63,068 nucleotides of DNA, filler included, from Reticulomyxa filosa (GCA_000512085.1; 23 parts of 23 records of this genome joined end to end with filler, not necessarily neighbours in it), one strand, 5' to 3'. Positions 1 through 12,554 are shown, numbered from the whole stretch's first letter. Program-made: numbers and translations. Notes: generated from the letters alone by a model not told the origin.

Positions 1-502
1 TATTACAGTTTGCACACCTCTTTCAGCAGCAGGAAAACCCACAGGAGATTCTATTGTAAGTGAAAAATGAATATTATCTCAAAAAAATTCACAAAAATCA
101 TATATATAACCTATTGGTTTCTTTGATACTTGAAAAAAATTATTAAAAAATCAATTCCATTTTAAAAAAAATTAGGCAGAAATGTTAATTTTTTTAAGTG
201 AGAAAACTGATTATCATTACAAAGATGTCGATTTATGTGTCAAATTTTTCATGTATTTGTGCATTGACTTATTTCGATACATGTGCTTTAACTTGCTTTG
301 TTGCATATTTGGTGTTAGAAGTGCTAAATAATAATGATTAGTAAATGACAAAGCAATGAGTAGTCAACATTATCACGCTCTCACAGTGCAAGAACTTTAA
401 AAAATATATTTAATTGAATAAAAGGATATTTTTTTTTGAAAGGGGCAAGAGAAAAAGACACACAAACAAAAGAACTTGTTTAAATTTGTTGTTGGAGGAA
501 AA

Positions 503-2308
503 ATGGAGGTTTGGATAGATTTTATTTGGCGTTGTCCAGTTGCAAATTGCACAAGTGCAGAGTCGTATTGGCGTCACCCTACTAATGCTTATGCCTGTGA
601 TTATTCCGAGCAAAGACCAGATAGCTATTGTATGGAAATCAATAATAAAGGTGAACTGAGGTGTGGTTCTTGCAAACAGGCCAAACCGATAAACGAATGG
701 TTATTTAAATGTCCAAATCATGGCAATACTTATGAAAAACCTCTTCTTGGTCCTACTTCTAAGGGCATTGAAAATGAAATTGAAAACGAGCTGAAGAACT
801 GGGAAGAAGAAGAAAAAAAAGAAGAAGAAAAAGAAGAAAAAATAGAAGCTGAGGCCACAGGAGAAACAAGTGGCGATGATAGCGATGATAGCAATGATAG
901 TAATGATAGCAATGATAGTAATGATAGTAATGATAGTAATGATAGTAGCAGTAGTAGTGGTAGTGGTGGCAATAATGGTGGTAATAACGGTGGTAATAAT
1001 GGAGGCAATAATGACGGCAATCAACGCAAAACTGTCGAAAATTTTGTGAAAAGTTCAAAAAATCTTAAAAAAACTGAAAACTTATTGGACAAACTCGGTA
1101 GATTGACGCCTGAGCACATAACACCTGAAAGCGCTAAGGTATGGACTGTCATTGGTAATGGCAGCAAAATGCTATGTAACATGGCAAATGGGGCATATCA
1201 AGCAAGTAAAGACACGAACTTGTTTCGTCATGATGTCAAAATGGAATTGGACAAAATGCTGAAATCAACATCCAAAACAGAAAAAGATGAATCAATAGAA
1301 AGATTATACCGTATTTCAAATATATTGAAAGAAAAATCGATGAAATCCTTGGAGAATGTCAATGCATTTGAAGAACAAGCATTGTCTTACACTGCCAATG
1401 TGTTATCAGTTGCAGTTGGTGACAAATCTATGTCTACAGCGGTGGGCAATGTTCAGAAAGCAAAACAAGAAGAAAAGGAGTTATTAAAGCAGCAACAAGA
1501 ACATAAAACTGAAACAAGGGAAAAATTAGAGTCACTACAAAAAACATTAAAACAAGATCAGATTCTATTGGCAGAAGAGATAAAAAAAGAGAAAGAAAAA
1601 GAAGTAAAGGAAGAAATATTGTCTGTATCTATCTACGCTTATTGTAGTGAGCGGGAGGAATCATCTTTGGTGATACATGAGCCGATCAAATACTCAACTC
1701 CAAAAATTGTTCAACTTCAAGAAGAGATGAGAAAGACTGTTTATGATATAGGACAAACGAATGCAAAAGCTGATATTAAAACCGATATTTTGAATCAGAA
1801 AATCACAGCAACGCAAAATCAGATTAAAACAAATAGAGAGATGGTGGCAAAAGCAGTAAGTGTCACTGGAGTCGAGAAAAAAGAATTAGCAGTATTTTCC
1901 AAGATTATGCAGAAAACAATTGATACAACAATATTTAGTTGTTTAGCAAACAGAATGTTCTTGAATGAAACACAACAGTTACAACAATCAGTAGAAATGA
2001 TGCTACAAAGTGACTTACTTGTATCAACAATTTTACGAAATGAAGATTTGGAGTTTCAACTCATTATCTCGATGATCCACACGCCTTACTTCAAGATTGT
2101 AGCGTGCGACAGGCAATAAAACAAATTGTAAGAAATAAAACAATTTGATAAAATACCTAGTAGTATTGGAAAAAATATTCAAATTCAAAGACTTAAACAG
2201 TTGCGTAAAGATGAAACTTGGGTCAAATTGAGGGATAATAGAAAAAAGATCACAGGTCAATTACTGAAGAAAAAATATCAATTTTTATTGGATAAAATGG
2301 AGGAGTAA
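503..2308 (+). CDS. Hypothetical protein: N-terminal Cys/His-rich (putative Zn-binding) domain, acidic/DSN/GGNN low-complexity linker, long coiled-coil region
   Basis: ORF 476-2119 with first ATG at 503. Protein-like reading continues to TAA 2306-2308 if two compensating indels near 2080 and 2140 are allowed. Confidence 0.7.
877..1020 (+). repeat. Coding tandem repeats: 9-nt GATAGYAAT (DSN)n followed by 12-nt (GGNN)n
   Basis: Directly visible repeated units inside the CDS. Confidence 0.9.
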
Positions 2309-2676
2309 AAAAGAGAGGCTTTGTTTTTTAAAAAAATCACTTTTGATTATAATATAACACAAAAGTGCAGTTTTGGGTGATTGAACATTTTAATTCAAAA
2401 AAATTTTTTTATCCAACTGATTCATTATTTTTAAATAGAAAATTATAAATATTTTTGCATTCAACTTGATTGGAGAGGAAATCAAGGGACCAAACCAAAA
2501 AAAAAAAACAAAAAGAAGAAAGGACTCTTTGTTTTCCTGTTTTTTCATTATTTATTGAATCATTTGCTAAAGTATTTTGGAAAAGTGAATAAAAATGTCA
2601 AAAGTGGTTTGTTTACTAACTTTTTTTTTTAGCACAGCTACCAAAAAAAACATAAAATTGGAGCCTATTTTTTTTA

Positions 2677-2776
2677 NNNNNNNNNNNNNNNNNNNNNNNN
2701 NNNNNNNNNNNNNNNNNNNNTTAATTAATTAANNNNNNNNNNNNNNNNNNNNNNNNNNNNNNNNNNNNNNNNNNNN
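2677..2776. other. Artificial contig linker N44-TTAATTAATTAA-N44 (first of 22)
   Basis: Identical 100-nt linkers start at 2677, 5854, 9059, 13110, 14331, 17425, 18581, 25951, 33037, 34156, 35371, 36960, 39017, 41081, 46155, 49953, 53108, 54901, 57465, 58640, 60130 and 61434. Confidence 0.98.
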
Positions 2777-3444
2777 ATTAATAATCCTGTGTTTCGACAA
2801 AACAATATGAAATGATTTATCAATTTTTCATTATTCATTGTCAATGGCACAAAACAATGATAAGAAATTTCAAATAGATGTTTTTCTTTTGGAATAATGT
2901 TATTTTTGATTCCAGTCAATGATTTCATTGTTTTCAAATCAATTACTTCAATGTTGTTTGGATAATGTGTAATGAACAATAAATCATTATTTATTCCGCC
3001 AATCAACCCACGCAATCCTCTTAAATCATCTTCTAATTTTCCAATGTTGGTGTGTTGATTATGTATTACCCAAGTATTAAATGACTGATGAATAGAATGT
3101 TCAGATTTGGAGTCACTAATTTCCCATACACTTTTATATTTCATTGAAAATGTTTGTTTCATTCGATTTGAATATTGTCCTCCAAATGATAATAAATGAA
3201 TTTCATTGGAATTGATTTGCGAATGAATCAATTGTACAACACAATGTCCACGTAATTCAACATCATTAGGATAAGAGCAGATGTATTTGTATTGTTTTTT
3301 AAGAGTATGATAGGAATAACAGTCGTTAGTTTGAAAGCCTCCACAAACAAGGAATTCATCCTTGAACAAAAGACATTGTGAAGTTAGGAATGGCTTGGGT
3401 AATTCAGGCAAAGTTTGAAAGATGTTGTTGAGTTGAGCAGACAT
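2777..3444 (-). CDS. Kelch-like beta-propeller family protein, 3' truncated by contig end
   Basis: FQTLPELP..SQCLLFKDEFLVCGG..CYSYHTLKKQYKYICSYP..GHCVV..LLSFGG..GLIGG; same family as 57230-57464 and the remnants at 13210 and 37941. Confidence 0.8.
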
Positions 3445-5114
3445 GTTAGATATGCTTTTTTTTTAAGTGTTCTGACAATCCCTTTTTTTCGAACGAAAAA
3501 TTGACAGTCCACTTGGAAATGATGGAATGTTTTTATTTTCAACAAATAATCACAATTTTGAACTATTTTAAAATTCATTTCTTCAAATCTTGTTTGATTA
3601 GATGAATAATGATTTGCAGATTTATTGGTTATTCCATCGTTAAAAAATGTTTACTGTTTTTCATAAGCTGTTGAATTTCTTGGATTATTTCTTTCTTGCT
3701 TGCTAAACAAAATTAAAAGATTAATTATTTCGTTGTGCTGAAAGAAAAAAGAAAAAGGAATTGACTATTGAGGCAAGGAGGAAAAAAAGAGGGTTTTATT
3801 TTCAAAAATTTTTGAAGAGGAGAGACAAAACCAAACTCAAATACTGAAGCTTAAATTATAAATGATTTCTTTGTGAAAGAATAAATGTATTACCAGAAAA
3901 ACAAATGCAAAAAAAAATAGTAAATATGGTCTTTTTAAGTTTGGGTTGTAATTCAATATGTATTACTTTGTTCATTTAGACAGCTGTTTTCACTGCAAAA
4001 GTGTGATTAAAAATGTGTTTTTATCAACTTTTAAGACGACGAAAAAATAAAAAAATTGACAGTTTAGCATTGTACATGCCACATAATGATGTATTCGAAA
4101 ATTAATTTCTCTGAAAAAGAGATTTACAAAAAAACTGGAGTGTAAAGTTTTGTCGTTTCAACTGGGAACTTTTTTTGTAAATCATTTCAAAAACTAAAAA
4201 GCGATTCAACGGATGACTGTTGCATGAAATCGTCAAGACATTCTTTACGCAGACCAAACTGATGCAAAGAAAATACACATATCTCTTTTATAAAAAGATG
4301 TGTTAACGCACCAAATCAAAGGCCCAAAATGAGAAGATACAAAATAGTTTTTGTTTTACTTCACCTCAGAAGAGTTGTTTCATGCACAAATATTCTTTCT
4401 CAACTAAATTTCAAGTTTTGAGAAAGTAGTGTGAGAGTTGTGCGCAAATGTTTTTCTTTGAATTGATTGGTTCATACAGAAACGGACAAGACTCTGAAAT
4501 TGTTTGGTACAAACAGAGATATAATTATTGTTGTTGAAATTATCCGTACGCTGACCTTTCTTTTTTGTCATCATTGAATTGGTCATTTCGTTTGTCAAAT
4601 TGTGAAACGACATAAAAAAAGACGACGTCTTGTTAGTTAAACCGTCGTTCGCTGTTAAGACTTCAAAAGATTTAAAGTTTGACAACCAGTGAGCCAAACC
4701 TTCTTCAAGAAAGTTTACATTGTCTCAACAGGTTAGTGTGCAACCACTTTTTCTTGTGCCATAATAATAATAGTTTTTTTAAAAAGAGTTCAATAACACA
4801 CCCTTTTTTTGTTGTACCAAAAATTGAAATATTATTTAACTTTGACAAAGTATTGCCATTGTAAAAAATTGTTGGCATTCATAACGCGCATGTCCAGGAA
4901 ATTTTTGTTTTTCTTTACTACGAAGTTCCAGTTTCATAATATTTGGTTTCTATAAATGCGATGACATTATTGATTGGTTCAATTTTAGCGTGAATTGCGT
5001 AATTATGTGTTTAAAATTCTCTTTTCACTAATTTATCATTAGTCCTATAGGGAACAAAATATTTAATTTGCATATCATATATTGTTTTGATATTAATGCA
5101 ATTAATCTTTAATT

Positions 5115-5640
5115 CTCAGACAATAAATACTATGTCATGTAATGAAGAGAATCAAAAATATTGAAAGAACATTCGAATTGGATTTTAATGATAGATGGCA
5201 ATACAATTGTATCAATGTTAGTGACAAAACAAGTATAACAGTTATAAAAGAATCTTAATATATGATCCTTTCCCTTGACTTCTGCAACTTTTACATTTTT
5301 TCACAAAGGTAATAAACATAAAGAAAATAATTTTGAATAAAATAATAATGACAAAAAAAATGTAACAAAAATATTTTTCAACAGTAGCGGTTTGTATGGA
5401 ATAGTAACATAAATAATAAGTAACTGAATGAACAAAAACAAAGAGCTAACATAATTGATAATAAGTTTGTCAAAATTAAAGATCCATTCTAATTAAATTT
5501 TTAATTTCCAAATACAATATTCAACAATAATTTGAATCTCTTCTTCTGATTAATTCAATCATAAACCACACAATAAATGTTAAACACAATTAACAAGGTT
5601 TATAAAAAATTGAACTACCTACTGCGTTAAAACCTCAAAG
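5115..5640 (-). pseudogene. Remnant of a box-module WD40 gene: module exon retained, WD40 body deleted; paralogous to 14885-15980
   Basis: 5451-5549 reads SEEEIQIIVEYCIWKLKI*LEWIFNFDKLIINY followed by a GT donor. The reverse complement aligns by eye with 14885-15155 plus 15715-15980. Confidence 0.75.
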
Positions 5641-5953
5641 CAGTCATTCCTTCAGCACCTCTTAATTTTTGGCAATTAAAATTTTATTAGACACAAAATA
5701 AAACTTTTTCCTCAATAAAAAAGTTACCAAAAGAACTTTAACATAAAAAACATTAAAAAAATTGCTTCATAACTATTATGTTAAATGATACTGTCAACAA
5801 TTCAAAATAAACACTCAATAATTCTTTAATTGATGTCAATTTCTGCTATTCACNNNNNNNNNNNNNNNNNNNNNNNNNNNNNNNNNNNNNNNNNNNNTTA
5901 ATTAATTAANNNNNNNNNNNNNNNNNNNNNNNNNNNNNNNNNNNNNNNNNNNN

Positions 5954-6746
5954 CATATAATAATGTTATTATTGATAGCTGATGATACAATCATTTCACC
6001 ATCAGATGAAAATTGTGCACTGTTTACACCATGTGAATGACCTATAAATTGTTTTATCTCATTTCCATTATGTATATTCCATAATCTTATTGTTTTATCA
6101 GATGAACATGAGACAATTGTATTATTATTTGGAGAGATATTTATACTCCATATTGTAGATAAATGTCCATGTAATCTCATTATTTCTGTTCTATTATGCA
6201 CATTCCATAGTCTAATTGTTTTATCTGATGAACACGAAACAGCAATATTTTCATTTGACATCAGCTCTGCTCTATAAACAATATTGTAATGCCCTTTTAA
6301 AGTTGTTATTTGTTTTCCAGATGTAACATTCCATATTCTAACTGTATTATCATTAGATGATGTAATCATTTTATTTCCATTAGCCGAAAATTTTATACTT
6401 CTGATTGCATTTTCATATCCTTTTATAGTTTTTAATAATTGAAAATATTTGATTTTCTATTTGTTAATATTGTTATTATTGTGTAAACAAATATCTTTCA
6501 TTTTTGATTTAATCCTTATAAGCACATAAATGACGTAACATATTTGAGGACAATTTTGTTGAAATCGTCAATCCATCCTAACTTCACACTCAAAATCCGA
6601 ACCCAATGTTCAATAATTAGTTTGACTTGTTTTTCTGACTATTTATTTCAACAATTGTAAAGTTAATGATCGGATGAACTAATTGTTAAAACAGAAAGTA
6701 CCAATTGTGATGTTGGATTTTCATTTTCATTAGTAAGACTGGTCAT
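5954..6746 (-). CDS. WD40-repeat protein with N-terminal 33-aa box module, 3' truncated
   Basis: Predicted exons 6746-6702 (MTSLTNENENPTSQL), 6638-6540 (SEKQVKLIIEHWVRILSVKLGWIDDFNKIVLKY) and 6456-5954 (KIKYFQLLKT.. GH..SSDKTIRLWN repeats), with GT..AG phase-0 introns. Confidence 0.85.
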
Positions 6747-7288
6747 TTCTTCACCAAAAATTTTGAGCTTTACGTAGCCCCTTGTTCTTGTTAAGACAAC
6801 ATTGAGCAAAAATTCTAAATATGAAATGAAAAATAAAATGCATTGCATCTAAGAGCATTTTTTTTGTTTATTTCAAAATTAATGGTCATTTTCAATGCGG
6901 TTCGTATAAGCTATCTCTTTTTTAACTCTAAGTTTTTCCTTTGTATTGATTTAAAGATATCTTTTTAACTAAACGAAATGTTTTCAACTTCCTTCTTTAA
7001 TTTTTGTTTGATTACTTAGTTATATTTTAATATTGATTGCGTTGCCAGTAGGTCAATTCCGATTTGAATTACAAACGATCTCAACAACTATATTTACTTG
7101 GTTTACCTAAACTGAAACACGAATGTAGTCCCTTGAATTTCTATATTATATACGATGTTTCAATGTTTGCATTTTTATGTCACTTCGATGCTGTACTATT
7201 GTAACAGAAAGAGCTACTTAACTTGGAAAGTTGTTTTAATATTGACACAAGTTCATTTTAAACAGTTAATTAACAAACCAAAAAAGAC

Positions 7289-8040
7289 TTAATCCTCAAA
7301 AGAATCAAACCACAAATTATAGACAGCAAATGTAAACAAAAAATCTACATTGACATCTTCTTTGGCCGAGGTTTCAATAATACAAAGATTGCGTTGTTTA
7401 CAAAAATTGACGACATAATCTAGATTTTGTTTGTAGTTTAAAAAGTCACATCTCAAATCAGTTTTTGTTTCTGCAATAAGGATATTGACATTGCACACAC
7501 GACGAACTTCAGAGAAGTAATCATTAATTACTTCTTCGGGCAAGTATGGTCCAACCACATCATATACAATTACGACGCAATCACAATTGCGAATGGTAGA
7601 TCTATACCTAGCGATATTTTCTTCTCCTGCAGTGTCGAGCACATTAATCAAACAATCACGTACTTTGTTCAAGTCAATAAATTTACGGTACGAACCTTCG
7701 ATCGTGGGATCATAATCTTCCCAAAAATAAGATGTTACCACTCGAATGACAAGATTCGACTTGCCAGAGCCTCTATATCTCACTATTACTATTTTGAACT
7801 CTTCCTCTTTTCTATTTGTCATTGCATACATATATGTACAAATGTGTTGTACATAGAGGGAGGAAAAAAAAACTTGAGCCACTGATTTAAAATCCTACAA
7901 TTAAAAAAAAAACAAAGTAATAATAATGATTATCGTGATATTAATTTATGCTACGGTTCAATCAACAATCATATCCGTTTCGGGATAGTATGTTTTTCCA
8001 ACAAAAAAAATTTTTTGATATGTTTAATTGTTTTATTCTT
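7289..8040 (-). pseudogene. Divergent Ras/Rap-like small GTPase, probably pseudogenised
   Basis: RYRGSGKS (G1 with Gly to Arg), YDPTIE (G2), DTAGE (G3), TKTD (G4), ETSAK (G5), no CAAX. The putative upstream exon contains an in-frame TGA (KHTIPKRI*LLIEP). Confidence 0.6.
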
Positions 8041-8725
8041 TTTGGTTTATATTTCCAAAATTATTTTGATTCTTTTAATGAAGATAAAAAATTTAAAAAA
8101 AGAAAAATAATTTATTCAACTAAGTGTGTCAAGCATATTACACGTTAAGATACCCTAAAAACATTTGTTCAACTTTTTGTAGTTTTAACGATAATTAAAA
8201 AAAAAAAAAAAAGGTAATTTGAAATTGTAGTGACACAAAAAGTTTGTCAAACATATCCCTTTTCTTTTGGTTATTTAATTAATTCAAAAAAAATCAAAAT
8301 CAGTCAAATAAAATTTTGTCGTTGTTAAAAAAAATGTTACTATCCCCAAATCCGAATATAACAATTGTATAAAAATTCGCATGATCTTTGTGTCGATTAT
8401 ATATTTGTAACTGATCATCTTTGACACACAACAAAACAATAAATGAATAAAAGACTTTACCACACAAACTACATTTGTTGGTAAGACTGATAAAAGAGTT
8501 TGCCTTGCATTGAAACGCTTGTGCAACTCCCCAAACTCTGGCCATATCATGAATATGTACATTGTTTCAATTTGAAAAGTACTCTGGAACAGCGACTTGG
8601 AAACTATTTTTTCCAAAAAGAAAATTACAAATAATAGTAAAAAAAAAAAACCAAGATCTGGCCCGTTCCATAAAAAACAACTGCAAACCAGTTCCAGATA
8701 AAAAAAGGGGGAAAAGAGTTTAATC

Positions 8726-9058
8726 ATGTTAATTTTGCAAGCGGAAGAAAATGAAACAGTAAAAGTAAAAAGCTTAACAACTTTCTCACTTGAAGGCTGT
8801 TATGATAAAGATTGGGTGGCAGCCTCGAATAAAAAAAGTAGATTAAAAGGCCTACAGTGTTTACTATGTGGTCAAATTGCAAATAATTTAATGGAATTAA
8901 CTTGCAATGAACACGAAGATCGTAAAGACACACAAGTAGTTGGTGAGAAATGTTTGATGAAATATTTAAATGAAAATAATAATAAATGTCCTATTGAGAA
9001 ACACGGTCCTTGTGGTTACATAAAAGGACGAACATTGCGGAATATTGTTAGTGAATTA
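8726..9058 (+). CDS. RING-like/TRAF-type zinc-finger N-terminus, 3' truncated
   Basis: CYDKDWV..CLLCGQIANNLMELTCNEHE..VGEKCL..NNNKCPIEKHGPC, homologous to the first exon of 10132-12206. Confidence 0.8.
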
Positions 9059-10131
9059 NNNNNNNNNNNNNNNNNNNNNNNNNNNNNNNNNNNNNNNNNN
9101 NNTTAATTAATTAANNNNNNNNNNNNNNNNNNNNNNNNNNNNNNNNNNNNNNNNNNNNAACTTTTTCTTTTTCGCTTTTCCCTTCTTTTTTTATTTTTTA
9201 ATGTTGAAGCTTTAGCTTTTCACAAAATATAATGTGTAATTTGAAGTTTAGTTTGTTTACAACTTTTTTAAGAGGAATTTTTACGTTAAGAAGAAATACA
9301 TATCATGTTGTTTTAAAAGGTAAATTTTTTTATTACCACCACAAAGGAATATTTTTTATTTGACCTGTTTTTGTAGTGTCCAAAAATTTTTTCTATTTGT
9401 CTTTTGTACATTTTCTGTATTAACGTCTAACAAAAAAAGGAATCAGAGTAGTGAATGGACATTTTATTGCTTATGTCGTTGCTTTATTATTTTTATAATT
9501 TTTGCTATACGGTGCCCGTTTAGTTTGATATGCTTTGGAGATTTTTGATTTTCTTTTTTTGATCCTTTTTTGGTGTTGTTTTTCATTCACTAGTTTTCTG
9601 TGCTTCTTAACATGTAGTAGATGGACTTACAAGTTTTTCACAAAAATTTTAATACCAGCCTTCTTTGATCATTTGACCGACGAGTTGCAACACGACTTGG
9701 AGAGACTCTAATCTGGAAAGGATAACTATTGCAATTGAGATAACTACAATATCAATGAGACGATGATATGCAATGGTGCCTCTACCGATGAATCAACGAC
9801 AGAAGACAAGGCAGCGCCTCTAGCGCTGAAACGGAAACTGAAAGTGAAAACAAAGACAAAAAGGTGTATTACTATTCCGTTCGTGATATCCCTGTCAATA
9901 TTTTACTCTTTGCGCCATATATGCAATGCGTTTTTGTTTTTTTGCAGCTTAGGAAGAAAAGATTTCGAAGTGACTTTAAACTTTGCTTTCAATAAAGAGG
10001 GAACAAAATAACTATCATTTCATATTTATTAAACAAATATAAAAGTCTTTGTTCAAACAGCCCATAAAATGAAATTGAAAATAGTAAAGCTCTTTCAAAT
10101 TAACAAAAATTACTGTAAGTTAAAGAATATT

Positions 10132-12206
10132 TCAATTAATATATTCCCCAAACATAAATATTGCCGACTTAGAGCTATAACATAAATTAATTCCGCATCG
10201 TCTATTTTTTTTATTGATCTTTCCTTTCTTTTTCAATGATAGAAATTTAAGACATAATATTTCACCATCTCTATCAATCACATACAATTCTTTCTTATTT
10301 GATCGAATATCCCAAAAACGAATCGTATTGTCATGTGATCCAGAGCATATTACATTCGAACTACCACCAATTTCATTATTAATTACAAATGGTGAATATT
10401 CAACAGTCCATATTTCGTGTTTATGTCCATTGAACTCTTGAATTTGTTTACCACATCGAATATCCCACAAACGAATACTTTTGTCTGCAGATCCAGATAG
10501 TATTGTATTTGCACTACCAATATTTCCTAATTCATTTGATCCATATTTTGCACTACACACTGAATTTTTATGCCCTCGAAAAACAATTGAGTTTTTGGCT
10601 GTTTCAATATCCCATATACGAATAGTATCATCACATGATGCAGAACAAATTGTATATCCATTGCCACCAATCACACCAATACTATTACCTTCATTTTCAT
10701 TGCTCTTATTACTTTGTAACGGTGAAAAATCCACACACCAAACACTGTTCGTATGTCCATCGAAAACATGTAATGATTTGGATGTTTCAACGTCCCATAA
10801 ACGAATAGTATTGTCTATAGATCCAGAACACAAATATCGTCCATTATTAAATAGTGAGAATACTATGCTTCCAACACTGCTAGTGTGTCCATTTAATACT
10901 TGCAACTGTTTATTATTTTTGAAATCCCAAAAACGAATAGTTTCATCTTTTGATGAATAGCAAATGACGTTACGACAATGGTGATGATAATGATATGACG
11001 AAAATTGTACACAATACACATCTTCTGAATGTTTGTTGGATGATTTGATCTGTTTGTTTGTTTCTATATCCCATACACGAACCGTTTTATCCCGTGATCC
11101 AGAACAAAATAATCCAACGTTATCAAATGTTGAATAATCAATACTCCACACAAAATCAGAATGTCCAGTGAATATCTTAATTAGTGATGGCGATGGATGA
11201 AACATATCAGAGTTGAATGTACAATGTTGGATTTCATCTTTTTTTTTTTGTCATTGTGACCTTTTTTTGTATTAGGTTCGTTCTGCAATTTTTTTAGTTG
11301 ACTAAGAAAGGAATTCTAATTATTGTCGTGTTTTATTGTTGTTTTTTTTTATATTGTTTTGTAAAATATAAATAAAAGAAAACATACTTGTCGTATTATA
11401 CTTGAATTGTCACTATACACTTTTGAAGTTTCTTCACTTTGTATTTCATTCAATTTTTCTGCTTTCAGTTTTTTGTTTTCCAATTGTTTTATCGTGTCCT
11501 ATTGATTATTATACTTATATGTAAAACTTAATAAAATAAAATAAAAAGAAAATGTAACTTTTTGTTGTTGGATTATTTGTTCCATTGATTCAAATTTTTT
11601 AATTACTAACTCAAAATGGTGTTTCATATCATTGATCAAATGTTCTTTTAATCTATTCTCAAAACATAAATGATCACATCCAAATTGTTTAAACCAACAA
11701 TTATATAATTTTAATGCACATGAAGTATCCAAGTGATTCCTCATATCTTTTATTTTCCCTTCGAAATTACAAATTGTTGTCATCCATCCATTTGTTTGTC
11801 CTTCTTCGTTTCTTCCAGAAGTTTGCATGTTGTGTTTGAATTGCATTGGACATATGGCATTTAATTCATTGATTTGCCTTTGTATTGCTTTTACTTTATA
11901 AGGCTGGCAACCATAATGTGGTTGAACAGGACATGTATTGTTATTATCTTTGAGAAATTGTTTTAAACAATTCTCTCCAACAATCAATGTTTCATCCATG
12001 CTTTCATGTTGAGGACAATTGATTTCAACTGGATTGTTTGCAACTTGTTTGCAAATCAAACAAATAAAATGACTAATTTGTTTTTGTGCGTTTAATTGCG
12101 ACACCCAATTTCTGTCAAAGCACTGCTGATCAAAAGAAACTGGAGTTACTCTAGTGTCAATAAGTCTTTCTTTTTCTTTTAATTTCTCATCATCAACGTT
12201 GCTCAT
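10132..12206 (-). CDS. RING-like/TRAF zinc finger - coiled coil - WD40 protein (TRAF7-like architecture)
   Basis: Exons about 12206-11559 (CLICKQVANNPVEINC..CPVQPH..CNFEGKIKDMRNHL..CWFKQFGC), 11498-11388 and about 11315-10132 (WD40 repeats). A one-base correction is needed in the T11 run at 11239-11249. Confidence 0.8.
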
Positions 12207-12554
12207 GTTCTTTTTTCTGCTTGGTTTAGAAGTTTGTCAATCGATTTATATTTCACAAATTTTTTAGCTGGTCTTTAAAAGAGGGATCTTTAAATTAAAA
12301 AAGGTTGAATTTTTACTTCTTATCATTTTTAAAAATTTCGAAAAAGCATATGTATGTTCATTAATATAACTACGAGTATGTGAACGCCATTTTGGATATA
12401 TATATTTTTTTTTTTTTTTTTTTTGCAAAACTGCGTTTGGTGTACTATTGCATTAGCTGTTTATTTCTACTCGGGAGTGGATGTGGAGGAAAAAGGGGCG
12501 CTTTTTTAAACAAGCAAACAAAAAAAAAAAAAAAAGGATTGGAAGAGATTACAA

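Noticed and set aside
701-1058. Poly-I/L/H/Y ORFs on the minus strand
   Set aside because: Shadow frames of the DSN/GGNN repeats in the plus-strand gene.
2117-2131. TAA read-through or ciliate-type genetic code
   Set aside because: Intact genes (ATG4, actin, WD40) contain no internal TAA/TAG and end in them; two indels explain this site better.
2721-2732. Recurring TTAATTAATTAA palindrome as a biological repeat or CRISPR-like array
   Set aside because: Always centred in N44 flanks with an exact 100-nt total; it is an assembly linker.
4404-4697. 97-aa ORF
   Set aside because: No recognisable motif or splice context.
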